A stretch of 63,999 nucleotides of DNA, filler included, from Basidiobolus ranarum (Eukaryota), in assembly GCA_040143965.1 (NCBI GenBank). It is 3 parts of 3 records of this genome, joined end to end, with 100 filler letters (N's around TTAATTAATTAA, not from the genome) between each part and the next. Parts side by side here need not be neighbours in the genome. Positions count along the whole stretch, not along the records: positions 1 to 23,256 come from JASJQH010007045.1; 2 more parts are not named here. The stretch is one strand, 5' to 3'. The notes under the pieces were generated by a model. It was not told where the DNA came from, did not search any database, and was given only the letters and a program-made list of their open reading frames with translations. The translations under genes and the position numbers were made by a program. The stretch's first letter is position 1. Each line of letters starts with the position of its first letter. Positions 1-11,073 of the stretch are shown in pieces.

Positions 1-729
1 TCCTCTGAGCTTGATTACATTGGTCATCAAGTTAAGTATAAATATGATCCAGTATTGTCACAATATCTTAAAAGATTGATGTCTTGATTGTCACTTTGTT
101 TAGATTAGTATATAAGCTAAATAAAGTCCACACCATCTGGTGTTTTTCATCCCCCACTAAGTATATTAATTCAAACACAAAAAACTGATGCACAAAAAAG
201 CAGGGAACAATGGATATCCTATATGATTTTTTCTTAAGCTTATCCTACTTGCAGCGGTATTACCGAATGGATTTGCTTTGTCTGCATCATAGTAGAATAT
301 TATAAATAGAGGTGTGTTGACAGAATCCGATCATCAAGTTTAGCTATGAATGAGAACACAACATGTATTTCCGACAAGTATAATCGATCAACAATATTAT
401 TTATGCTTGGTGACTTTCACCAACTCCCTCTGCCTTACAGCACTCAATGCTGCAGGAACAAGTAGCTAGATTTGAGTAGACATCATTGTACAAGTAAAGT
501 TTCAAATAATGATGACCGCTCCTTTTACTCTGTGTATAATAGGGGAAAGGGGTTCAGTGGTTTCAAATTCTCAACTCAATTGACCCCATAAAAAATCAGT
601 AATTACTTGGATAATACTTAGGGTTAGGTAGTATTCTTTCTATATAACCCGCGCCCGCTCTATTCGCATTTACAAGCTGGATAATTTTACAACAGCTTAC
701 AGGATCTGCTTAACTACTCAATATCTGTT

Positions 730-2692
730 ATGCTTACCCTTGTATCAGAGAACCTATCCAACCACTTGTTGGAGGCTATCACGGTGAGCGTTGGAGTAGC
801 TTCGATTGCTCTTTTTACTGCCAAGATGGCCTCTTCGCCAGCGCATAAAGCTTTTGCGGAGGTAACTCACAGAAATTTTTGTTATGTCCTATTCCCGAGT
901 CAACTGAAATTCCACTTGTCGTAGGTGCCAATGGTTCCTCTCACAGCAGGTGCAGTTTCCCACCAGAAGGAGTATGAGAAAGACCGAAGTGGTTGGATCG
1001 AAAAGAACCGTGCTCAATATGGAGACATGTTTAAGGTTAAATTATATGGACGAACCTTTACCGTTGTTAGTGGTGCCCTAATCCGAGAGGTGTTTCTTCA
1101 TGAGCACCTGAGTTTTGCAGACGCTTTGAATGAGGTACATATATCAAACTAGTGCTTTTAACTGATTTCGTTGAGACTGATTACCATTAGATGACGGGTA
1201 CGAGGCCATTCATACACAGTGTAATCAAAAGTAACAAGGAAGATATCAATTCATTCGGAGCCAAACTCACGCGCGATCTTGTTTCACCAAACCTGATATC
1301 ATTCACCCCCAGTATTGTAAAGCAGCTACAGTACACCCTTGACAAGAATATAGGCCACGGTAATGGCAAGTATACCCGATTAATGGAGTGACAGAGCCCC
1401 CAGACGAGTACTTGACTTACTAACTCCAATTTTATTGCATTAGGAAAGCTAGTAAAAGATCCACTCTTGGTGTTCCGGGAGTTGATATCAAGAGCAAGTA
1501 GGTCATAGATATTACAACCCCTATACCAGTCATAACATAGGTTTCCTCATATAGTTCGCTCTTCTTTGCATGGTGTTTTTTGATTCGTTCTGATCAAATG
1601 CTTTATTGTTTACTTCATTTGTGTAGTGGTTGTTATTTTTATGGGTTCTGAGCTTGCCGCCAATGAAGATGTCTTGAATACATTTATGAATTGCACACAA
1701 GAATTCAGTGATCTTTTTGGCAAGAGTCAACGGTCGAACACTGACTCTTGGACCTCTTGGTTGAGGAAAAAGAAGCATACATATATCTCACCAATGAGGA
1801 AACATGTCGATGTTTTAGTTGCCGCCGCTACGCCTCTGATTCACGAACGAAGACGCCTTGAAGCTGAGGAAGGTGAAAGCTATCAGCGACCTGTAAGTAC
1901 CCTTTAGTCACTAGCTTGATACCTGACAGAATCAACAAAAATGCTTTCATCAACATTCTAAACAAACATATTTCGAAATACTGCTAGAATGATGTTCTAC
2001 AACAAATGTTGGACAAATCTGAACATTACAAATTAGTTGATCTCGAGGATATTTGTGGTTTTCTCTTAGCGTTGGTCTTTTCCGGGGTGAATACGACGGC
2101 AGACTTTGCAACTTATATCTGCTATTATCTTGCTGCTTTTCCACAATATTATGAGACCTTGAACGAAGAAATTAATCGAGTCTTGGATGAAGAGGCCAAG
2201 GAGAAAGGAAGCACATCGCGAGAATGGACAACAACTGCTTTGAAAAAGATGGTCTATTTAGACTCATTTGTACGAGAATATATGCGTTACCGACTCAACA
2301 TGCTAGATCTGGCACATTTAGCACAAAAAGACTCTCAAATGTCGAATGGTGTTATTATCCCAAAGGGTCAGCTCGTGATCTGTAACCTGTACTCAGCCCA
2401 TTTCAACAATTCCTTGGGTGAAAATCCACTCGATTTCAATCCCTGGAGATTTATAGGTCAATCCAAGGCAGCATCGACAGTAGGAGCAGACTTTCTTCCA
2501 TTTGGCCTGGGAAAACGAGCCTGCCCTGGTCGATTCTTGTCTGTACAAGAAATCAAGATAGCTATTGGCATGATTGTCACGTCGTACTCTAAAATCGAGT
2601 TTGAGGATCCTGTCGTGGGCGCTCAATCCCTTCATAGTAGATTTGGTGCACCAGTCCAGACCGGCTTAATCTTCACTAGCCGTCAGGTCTAG
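730..2692 (+). CDS. Cytochrome P450, multi-exon
   Basis: ORFs 730-924, 925-1152, 1191-1391, 1626-1907 and 2006-2692 are joined by GT-AG introns. N-terminal hydrophobic anchor, ExxR (EYMR), PERF-like FNPWRF and heme motif FGLGKRACPG. TATATAA at ~641. Confidence 0.93.
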
Positions 2693-3030
2693 TTTGACAA
2701 GATGTGTAATCAATATTCTTTACCATCTTATTTATCCTATACTGCTCGCTCCATGTTCAGTACTGACACAGTAAGAATTTGATAGAAGGCATGCTGTCAT
2801 TACGCATGAATGTTAGTTTTACTAAGGGATGTAATTCACCTCCCTGCGTTAATAAACATATAGACTCATTGGTAAACAACATTTATAACTTTTTTCTATG
2901 CTATCACTCCATATTTTTGAATCATTGTCAGGCTTGTATTTATTGGGGGTATTTAAAACCAAAATACTAGCCATGATAAAACGCTTAACACTAAAATTGA
3001 ATGTTAAGAATTTTACATAACACCAATTAT

Positions 3031-4128
3031 TTACTCGTAATGACGACCAAGACGAGAATTGCTTTGTTGGCCATGTCTTTCATTAAAGCCTCTTTCGTAC
3101 TCATTATCCTGCTCTTCTTGATCATACTGACGACCAAAGCGAGAACGGGAGTTATTTTGTTGGCCACGTCTTCCGTTGAAACCTCTTTCGTATTCATTAT
3201 CCTGCTCATCTTGCTCATACTGACGACCAAAGCGAGAATGAGAGTTATTTTGTTGACTACGTCTTCTGTTGAAACCTCTTTCGTACTCATAATCCTGTTC
3301 ATCTTGATTATACTGACGACCAAAGCGAGAGCGAGAGTTGTTTTGTTGGCCACGTCCTCCAGTGAAACCTCTCTCGTATTCATTATCTTGCTCGTATTGG
3401 CGCCCAAGGCGAGAGCGAGAGTTATTTTGCTGGCCATGTCTTCCATTGAAGCCTCTCTCGTACTCATTGTCCTGTTCATCTTGATCAAGTGGACGGCCGA
3501 AGCGAGAGCGAGAGTTATTTTGCTGGCCACGTCTTCCGTTGAAACCTCTTTCGTACTCATTATCCTGTTCATCTTGATCATACTGACGACCAAAGCGAGA
3601 GCGAGAGTTGTTTTGTTGACCGCGTCTTCCGTTGAAATCCCTTTCGTACTCATCATCTTGCTCTTCTTGATCATACTGACGACCAAAGCGAGAGTTGTTT
3701 TGCTGACCACGTCCTCCAGTGAAACCTCTCTCGTATTCATTATCTTGCTCATATTGGCGCCCGAGGCGAGAGCGAGAGTTATTTTGCTGGCCATGTCTTC
3801 CATCGAAGCCTCTTTCATACTCATTATCCTGCTCGTCTTGGTCATATTGACGGCCAAAGCGAGAGCGAGAATTGTTTTGCTGGCCATGTCTTCCATTAAA
3901 ACCTCTTTCGTACTCATTATCCTGCTCGTCTTGATCATATTGGCGGCCAAAGTGAGAACGAGAGTTGTTTTGTTGCCTACGTCCTCCGTTCAATCCTCCT
4001 TCAGCTTCACTATCTTGCTCATATTGGCGACCATAGCGGGAACGAAGGTAGTTTTGCTTACCACGTCTTTCATTTAAATCACTTCCATACTTGTGACCAT
4101 TTTGGGATGAAGGTTGTTGGGAAGGCAT
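3031..4128 (-). CDS. Intronless low-complexity tandem-repeat protein (R/G/Q/N/E/Y-rich), ~365 aa
   Basis: ATG at 4128 (MPSQQPSSQN) with TATAAAA ~85 nt upstream. About 12 units of ~29-32 aa (RFGRQYDQDEQDNEYERGFNGRRGQQNNSRS). No signal peptide. Confidence 0.7.
   Translation of the reverse strand: MPSQQPSSQNGHKYGSDLNERRGKQNYLRSRYGRQYEQDSEAEGGLNGGRRQQNNSRSHFGRQYDQDEQDNEYERGFNGRHGQQNNSRSRFGRQYDQDEQDNEYERGFDGRHGQQNNSRSRLGRQYEQDNEYERGFTGGRGQQNNSRFGRQYDQEEQDDEYERDFNGRRGQQNNSRSRFGRQYDQDEQDNEYERGFNGRRGQQNNSRSRFGRPLDQDEQDNEYERGFNGRHGQQNNSRSRLGRQYEQDNEYERGFTGGRGQQNNSRSRFGRQYNQDEQDYEYERGFNRRRSQQNNSHSRFGRQYEQDEQDNEYERGFNGRRGQQNNSRSRFGRQYDQEEQDNEYERGFNERHGQQSNSRLGRHYE
3035..4075. repeat. Coding minisatellite, ~87-96 bp unit, ~12 copies
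   Basis: Recurring gacgaccaaagcgagagcgagagttattttg...gaaacctctttcgtactcattatcctg units are visible directly. Confidence 0.95.
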
Positions 4129-4717
4129 GTTAGATAGTGGCTGTTTTGGGTGATTACCAATGGCTAAGAAGATAGTCAAGTGTATCTCTCTTTGGTTTTT
4201 CTGCAAGCTTTTTATACAAGCAGGGTGGCTTGTGTAGTGAACTATTTTTTGACTTAACTCCGGCCAAGCCACCTTACGTATAATCGTTGTCGATGGCGAT
4301 TTTTTGTAACTAAGCCTTTAAGCATGTGTTGAGCAATTTTTCATAATTTACAACGGTTCATCTATTCTAAAATCTTGCTATCATGTACTATCAATACGAT
4401 GATAACTCGTTGGAATGCTGTTACATCTCAGTCATCATCATTAGAAAATAGTACTCAAAAGAAGTATAAAAATAGAGGGAAAATACTGATCCATATGTGA
4501 TTACTACTGTACAGCTCTGGTGTATCTACAGCCATGCTACTTCATTACCACTCACAGCAACTTTGCTACAAGGCCGCTGTCTTAGTAAGAAATGCTACAA
4601 AAATAACTGTTATCGGGTTGTTCATCAAGACATAAGATATTACTTATCAACGATTATCCACGACAGAACTCAAATCAGTTTATTTATAAGAAGAATTAAC
4701 TGAAACATATTTGAAAG

Positions 4718-5320
4718 TTAAGCAGACAGTTTACCCTCTTGTTGCCAACGGCGAATAGTCTGGTCGGCAACCTCGAAATGCATTGCATCTTCACTAGCTC
4801 CACTAAATCCTGCACCCCAGTAGAATCCTTCAGCATGGAAATAAGGATATAATGTGTGAAGACCTAGTTGAGCCTTCCCATCACCACGTGGATCTAATAC
4901 GTCATTGATAGAAAAATCAACAGCTGTTCCCCAAGAATGGTTAGACGCTTCTGTTTTAGAGTTACGAATAAGACGACAGCAAAGCATGCCAGCCGATTTG
5001 ATCACTTTAAAAAGGGCAGGATTTTCTTTTTGAACCTTGGTTAGAGCACGAATAGCCGCCTCCACAGCTGGCTTAATCCCAGTGAGCCCAATATGGCCAA
5101 CTCTACCGGTGATAGTGAGTTTCTTTATCTTTTCATTGGTGACTGGGGAACAATCAGCCTTCAGAGTACAGGGTTTACCGAGGATGGAGAGCAATGTAGA
5201 AGGAGGGCAGTACTTAAGGCCACCTTGATTCAAATTTGGGATCGGCTTTAGACTACCAAAATCCTGAGCACCAACTGCAGCCAAGGCGAAGAAGGCTAAG
5301 ACAATACGAGTGAGTTGCAT
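4718..5320 (-). CDS. Secreted M15-family zinc metallopeptidase (D-Ala-D-Ala carboxypeptidase / L-Ala-D-Glu peptidase-like), bacterial type
   Basis: ATG at 5320 gives signal peptide MQLTRIVLAFFALAAVGA. Catalytic motifs R...SNHSWGTAVD (SxHxxGxAxD) and EDAMHFE. Intronless, 200 aa, TATA upstream. Confidence 0.88.
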   Translation of the reverse strand: MQLTRIVLAFFALAAVGAQDFGSLKPIPNLNQGGLKYCPPSTLLSILGKPCTLKADCSPVTNEKIKKLTITGRVGHIGLTGIKPAVEAAIRALTKVQKENPALFKVIKSAGMLCCRLIRNSKTEASNHSWGTAVDFSINDVLDPRGDGKAQLGLHTLYPYFHAEGFYWGAGFSGASEDAMHFEVADQTIRRWQQEGKLSA

Positions 5321-6486
5321 GTTGTTACTGATTGAATGACGATTCTGGAGTGCAAGCGTATCTTTTATAGAAAACCATGGCTGGTTATTTGGTGCGAGTT
5401 GATGCAATGTAAAAACCAATATGGACAGATTTTCTTAGTGGTACGTTTGTACATTACATACGATGAAATATACATGAGACCGAGGCTATCACGAAAACCA
5501 GTTATTTCGTCATTGGGGAAATAGAGAAGTTCGTGATATTGGATATTAGATATTGGATATACTGGTAAAGTCAGGTTTCCAATAAAGTTTCACTTCGGTC
5601 GGTCTAGTCTATACACTACACTAAACTCTCGAAATGGCAATTGGAGTAATAGTTAGCTAGTTTAGAAAGAAAATAAGATTGATGTGGGAGCCCGAGGGGA
5701 CGCGCTCTTATTCATTAATAAATTACTAGCTTGTAGGTTTCTAAAGGATGTTTACTGGATGAGGCCTCCTCTGCCTCTATTTCTTCTACCAGTATACCAA
5801 TCTAGAGTTATGAGTACAAATCTCTTTCGCTATTTTTGAAAAAGGGTTTTTTATAGTAGAATCCACCTACACAAGCAGGCTTAAATATTTTCCTTGTACT
5901 AACTATTTGACTAAGAGCAGATTTGATCTTGCGTTTACTAAACATTTAACTATCATTTTTCCGAAGATACAGAAAATATGGTTTGGAATCTTGAAAAGAA
6001 GAATCTTCAACTTGAATAGAGCATCTCTTTACTCTTATTACTCCATTAAGTTCCCAACTATATTTTTCTCCAGGACATTGTCATTTGAAATTTAGAGCGT
6101 TAATGGGCAAAAAGGCTTTGCTTAAACTCGCATACATTACGATGAGTATGTTGTGATTTCGCCCTTTTCGAGATTGAATGAACGATTAACTAGTCACATA
6201 AAATATAGGCTTATGATTGGCTTAACTCTAAGAATAACTCAACCCTGAAGTCAGGCATATCCATAAATAGAAATATCTACTTCTCCACTAATCAACTTCC
6301 CCTAACCCCCACCCAAATCACAAAAAATCAAAGGGTAACTAAAATTTTGACATTGATCAAAGCTAATCATTCAGGCAACCCATCCCAACGGAATGGAAAT
6401 TTTTTACTTAAGAGATTGAACACCAGCACCAAACTTAATTTCGAGAGTTCACCTTGCTATCAGGTCTATTGTTCATTATTATAGAA

Positions 6487-8226
6487 ATGTCCATGAACTC
6501 AGCTTTTAGAGGTATTTCTCGCATTGCTTTGCAGATTCCAAAGAGAACTCTTACCAGTTCCGCCTTGAGACAGAGTAAGTATCACATACTAGCCTCTCTC
6601 TTATTGCTCTTGAATACTAAAGTCGGCCATATTCTCTCTCAGATCAAGTTCAGTACATCCGACCCGCAACTAGATACGGAAAATCTGGCTTCTCGAGCGA
6701 TCCCAAAAGTCCTTTGGATGCGTATAACCAAAAACTTCAACATAATAAAAATGACTTCGCGGAGGTTATGAAAGTTTTCAATGATATGAAAGTATCCGAC
6801 GTAAAGCCTGACCTTAAGACTTACAACCTATTGATTGCCTCCTGTATGCGCTCTGGAAATCAAGAGAAAGTTCTTGAGACTCTTGCTGAAATGAAAGAGC
6901 TTGGCATTGCCCCAACTGTGTCTACATACGACTCCATGTTACAGGTAACACATTAATACTGTCAGCATTAATTCTACATGCACGTTTCGCTAATATTCAT
7001 TGTAGGAATCTATCAGAACAGTTGCTAACATTCCCTTCATCATGGACTTGATGGAAAAAGATCAAATTCCTTTGACTCAGAACTCCTATGAGTACTTGAT
7101 TCACTCAATGGTATGGAATAAGCGCTTGGAACGTGCGTTGGACATCTTTGACTCTATGAAAGAGCGTAAAATCAGACCAACCGAGACCACATACTCTCAT
7201 ATCATTAACGGCTGCATTGATGTTGATGAGACCAAGTTGGCTTATGATTTCTTGAAGGATTCAGAGGCTAAAAGCATGTTTATTCCACGCGGTACATATA
7301 TTCGTACCTTATATGCATGCGCTCGTAATCAAGAAGATAATGTAGAAGAACTTTGGAGAAAGGTCATTGGTGCTCTCAGAATTAAACCACTCGAGGGTCT
7401 CTGTATGGAAGTGTTGAATTATGCTTGTAAAGCTGGCAAACCAGACCTTGCTGCTGAGGTACTTACCTCCCTTACTCAAAATAAGATACCTTGCAAGGAA
7501 CAGCATTTTGCACCCTTGTTTGAAGCTTTCATTTCAAACAAAGATTGGAAGAGTGCTTTGAGCATCTTAGATGTGATGGTCAACTCCAGAATTGTACCTG
7601 AACCAACATTCATGGAACCCTTCAAGAACGCAATCGAGAAGAATGCTTCCGATTTGGATGATGCCTATATGGCTATTGAGAATCTTAGAGAGGAAGGAAA
7701 GCAGGTTCACATTTCTGCATTCAATACTATCGTTAGCGCATGCGCTCATTTGGGTGATGTTAAAAGAGCCTTCGCTGCCGTTACTGATGCACCAAAGTTA
7801 GGCATTCAGGCAGATGTTGAAACCTACAACGCCATCTTAGAAGCTTGCTCTAAATCTTACAACAAGGAGATTGCCGAGAAAGTCTACCACGAGATCAAAG
7901 CAACTGGTCTTAAACCTAATGCTGAGACCTTCTTCCGTTTGATTGCAGTTTCTTGCCAACAAAGTGACTATGAAGACGCTTTCGCTTACCTTGAGGAGAC
8001 TAAGGAAAACAACATTGTACCCCCAGCTGCTGCATACGTCCTTCTAGTGCGCAAGTGTGCACGTGAACGTGATTCTCGGGCTCGTATTGCTATGGAGGAG
8101 ATGGAAGTGTTCGGATACCCAGTGACCAACGAGCTCAAGAAGTATGTTGAAACTGGAGGTATGGCAGCCGCTAAGATGTTCACCAAAAGACCTAGACATT
8201 TCGCCAGTGGGAAAATAGATCTTTAG
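6487..8226 (+). CDS. Pentatricopeptide repeat (PPR) protein, probably mitochondrial
   Basis: Repeated ~35-aa PPR motifs (VKPDLKTYNLLIASC, IRPTETTYSHIINGC, IQADVETYNAILEAC). N-terminus resembles a basic presequence. Introns at ~6575-6642 and ~6945-7006. Confidence 0.9.
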
Positions 8227-8607
8227 AGAGATTTTGAAGCAATCTCGGAAGCTATTCTGATGCACTCATTTTCATAATTAGTTTTATTTAGTTCTGTCAC
8301 TATTGTTACCATCTTCATATCATGGAAATTTTCTCGGCAGTAGTTGCTTTTATATTTTTCTCTTGCCTCTTGTTTCTTAAATCACGATCATCATAGCCAT
8401 CTCATATTACGATCACCATCATAACCAATTCGCATAACTTTGTGACTTCAGTATATAAAGAAATTGCCACTCTTACATAAGTGTTTGTGCTTTTAAAGTC
8501 TAATTTACTAAGTAGGATTCTCACAATACATATACAGAATTAAGTAATTAAACGGAAAGTAGAGTACAGAGTCGGTTGATTTGATAGGTAGAGTGTAGGC
8601 TAAATTT

Positions 8608-9857
8608 CTAGATGTTATTTCGTACCATTACAGTGATGAGCTTAATGCTAGCGTCTCCCAGCTGATAATAATGATGGTTTATATTCGGATTGAACATGGT
8701 GGTGTGCGCATCAATTTCATCTGACGCGGTTGAATCAATGGGTGTAAAGAATTCAGCAGTTGTTTCTGGTGGAGGAACTATAAATGTTCTGGTGTAACCG
8801 GTGCTTCCTTTGATCTATAACATAGGGGTTAGTTCTCGTCCAAGATACTATAAATTCAGCTACTAACCTGCATGTAATAACAATGAAATATAATTTCATT
8901 ACTCATTTCTTTTAGTTTTTGAACTCTATATATAAGCCATTGTGAGTTGAAGTTTGTGTTTACAAATCTCTCTTGATATATACCTTTCTTTCAATTGTTC
9001 TTCCTTAGTTAATGCTTTCACGAATTCCAAGTGTTCTGTAACATAATCAACACCACTCTGAAGCCTTTCTCTTTGCCAATATGCGGTTGCACCTGCGGCA
9101 GCAGTTGCTGCAACTACTGCTCCCAAAGCCCCCCATTTAAATCTCGAGCCGGCTGTTGTAACTGTCTTGGTGGCCACTCTAGCAACTGCAGTACTAGTAG
9201 TAGCAGTTTTGGCAGCAGCAGCTAATGTTGATACGAAAGAGATAGTAGAGCCATATTTACTATGAAGAACAGTTGCCCTTGTTCTAGCAGTTTCGGCAAA
9301 TAAGTTTGATTCTACTCCGTAGTAAGGAGTGTCATAAGTTAGAATACCAATTATTTTTGGTATATGTTTTCTTTCCTCCTCTGTAGCGGCGATACTGGCC
9401 TCCTTAAGATTGAAATATGCGTCCGCCGCTTAATGAATGAAATTATTTAAGTTTGAGAACGTAAGAAATAGAAGAATAGACCAGTATATTACCCAAAAGA
9501 CCTCCCATAGAGTGTCCAAGAAGTACAATCATCGGCGGTGGGAGTCCATGCTCACCACGCTCTTCGCCAATATCTTTTATCCAATTACACAAATTAGCGG
9601 CAGAAGCTGTTAGGTCGCCTCTAGTTTCATAACGAGGATAAATAATAACGTCCACGTCAACAGCGATTAAGGAGTTCGTCAATACAGTTCTTAAACGTTC
9701 AGGAAAGTCCTATTTGGCACTATATCAGTCAACCATGAAAGGAGCCATGTAGAGGTAGAATAAAACAAAGAACATGGAATACCTCGAATGTTTTTTCATT
9801 TCCTTTAAACCCATGAATGAACACTAACAGTAAACGGTTGTATCGTTGAAGCTCCAT
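8608..9857 (-). CDS. Alpha/beta-hydrolase (DUF676/lipase-like), multi-exon
   Basis: Exon 1 from ATG 9857 reads MELQRYNRLLLVFIHGFKG. Nucleophile elbow GHSMGG, then YDTPYYG, and C-terminal DEIDAHTTMF with stop at 8608. Confidence 0.82.
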
Positions 9858-10132
9858 TTTGACAGGTTTCTTAATTTAAGAAATTTAGGGTATATAATCA
9901 TCACAAGAACTGAGGTATTTATATTCATCTGATGCTTCAAAATCATATGATTCTGGTGTTGGACTGCGGTAATGTTTTCTTGGCACCCGGAAATTATCTC
10001 AAATGATGATGATGTTTGGAGATCTAACTTTAACAAGAATAAGACACTTAGTAAACTAAGCGACTAAGCGTAGTAGGTGAGTTATTTATGAGTTACTAGA
10101 CAAATTGAAGTATTTTGGGTAATGGTAATTCT

Positions 10133-10723
10133 CTAACCCTAACCCTAATTCTCTAACCCTAACCCTAGAGATCAAGTAGTGCTATTGTTAACGTGAGAAA
10201 GCTTCATTGGTAGATCATCTTGAGATCACCAATCGAGCTGGCATTACGCTTAGATATTTAAGAGTTCAACTGGGTACAACCTTGGCTACATCTAGTTCAT
10301 TAATGAGTTTTACATGGAGGATGAGACCAGCATATGTCATAATTGTAGGTCAGCAATCGCTCAGTAATCGCTCAGTAATCGCTCATCAATTGAACTTTCT
10401 TTGAGATAGTAATTGAATCGGAACTTGATTCTAGACCAGAGCCTGTTCCAGTGGGTTAGGGTTAGGAATTGGACCCAGAATGGACTCAGAATGAAGGTTC
10501 TCTTCAAAAGACCTAACCCTAACATCATTCCGTCATCAAATCCCAATCTCAATCCCATCCCATTGCATGGCAAGAGTAAGCCAAATACCCTAACCCTACT
10601 GAGGTTCGACCAACAGGTCCCATATAATATAATACATACATAATACTATACGATACGCCCACCACCCCATTGAGATTGAGGTAAAAAGGAAATTTTCTCA
10701 AAAATATGGATATTCTAACCCTA
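10133..10723. repeat. Cluster of short interstitial telomere-like (TTAGGG/CCCTAA) motifs in a divergent promoter
   Basis: ctaaccctaacccta at 10133 and 10153, gggttagggttagg at 10453, ctaaccctaac at 10513, ccctaacccta at 10588, ctaaccctaa at 10715. Confidence 0.7.
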
Positions 10724-11073
10724 AGATCGAAGGGCTTACTACTTGATATTAATCAGTAGTCTTAAGCCCTCCAATCTGACCCTGAACATTTAAAACTTCT
10801 AGACTTTACAGTTAAAAGTAGGTCTTCAGTTTTTTGGTATTTTTCGAGGTAATATCGTGTGGGTTTTGGGTTCAAGTGTATCTTAGTCCCATATTCATAT
10901 ACTTTTCATTCTTGATTGACGCTTCACGTTAATTCTGTAATTTTACCCTGCTTATCTTTAACACATAATCCGAAACTTCATCTCCTTTTTAACCATTGCT
11001 GGGTTAGAAGTTAAAAGCGAATAACCTCCATCTAAACCATTCTAACTTTAAACACGCAAGTGCGAGAGAAACT

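Noticed and set aside
3001-4077. 358-aa hydrophobic + strand ORF and 307-aa alternative minus frame
   Set aside because: Most simply shadows of the stop-poor minisatellite. The 3031-4128 frame has the TATA box, an ATG and a non-repetitive N-terminus.
10133-10167. True telomere or telomerase RNA template
   Set aside because: Only ~2.5 units per patch, internal to a gene-dense region, with no supporting structure identified.
10355-10386. 11-bp triple repeat aatcgctcagt
   Set aside because: Short slippage-type repeat with no further support.
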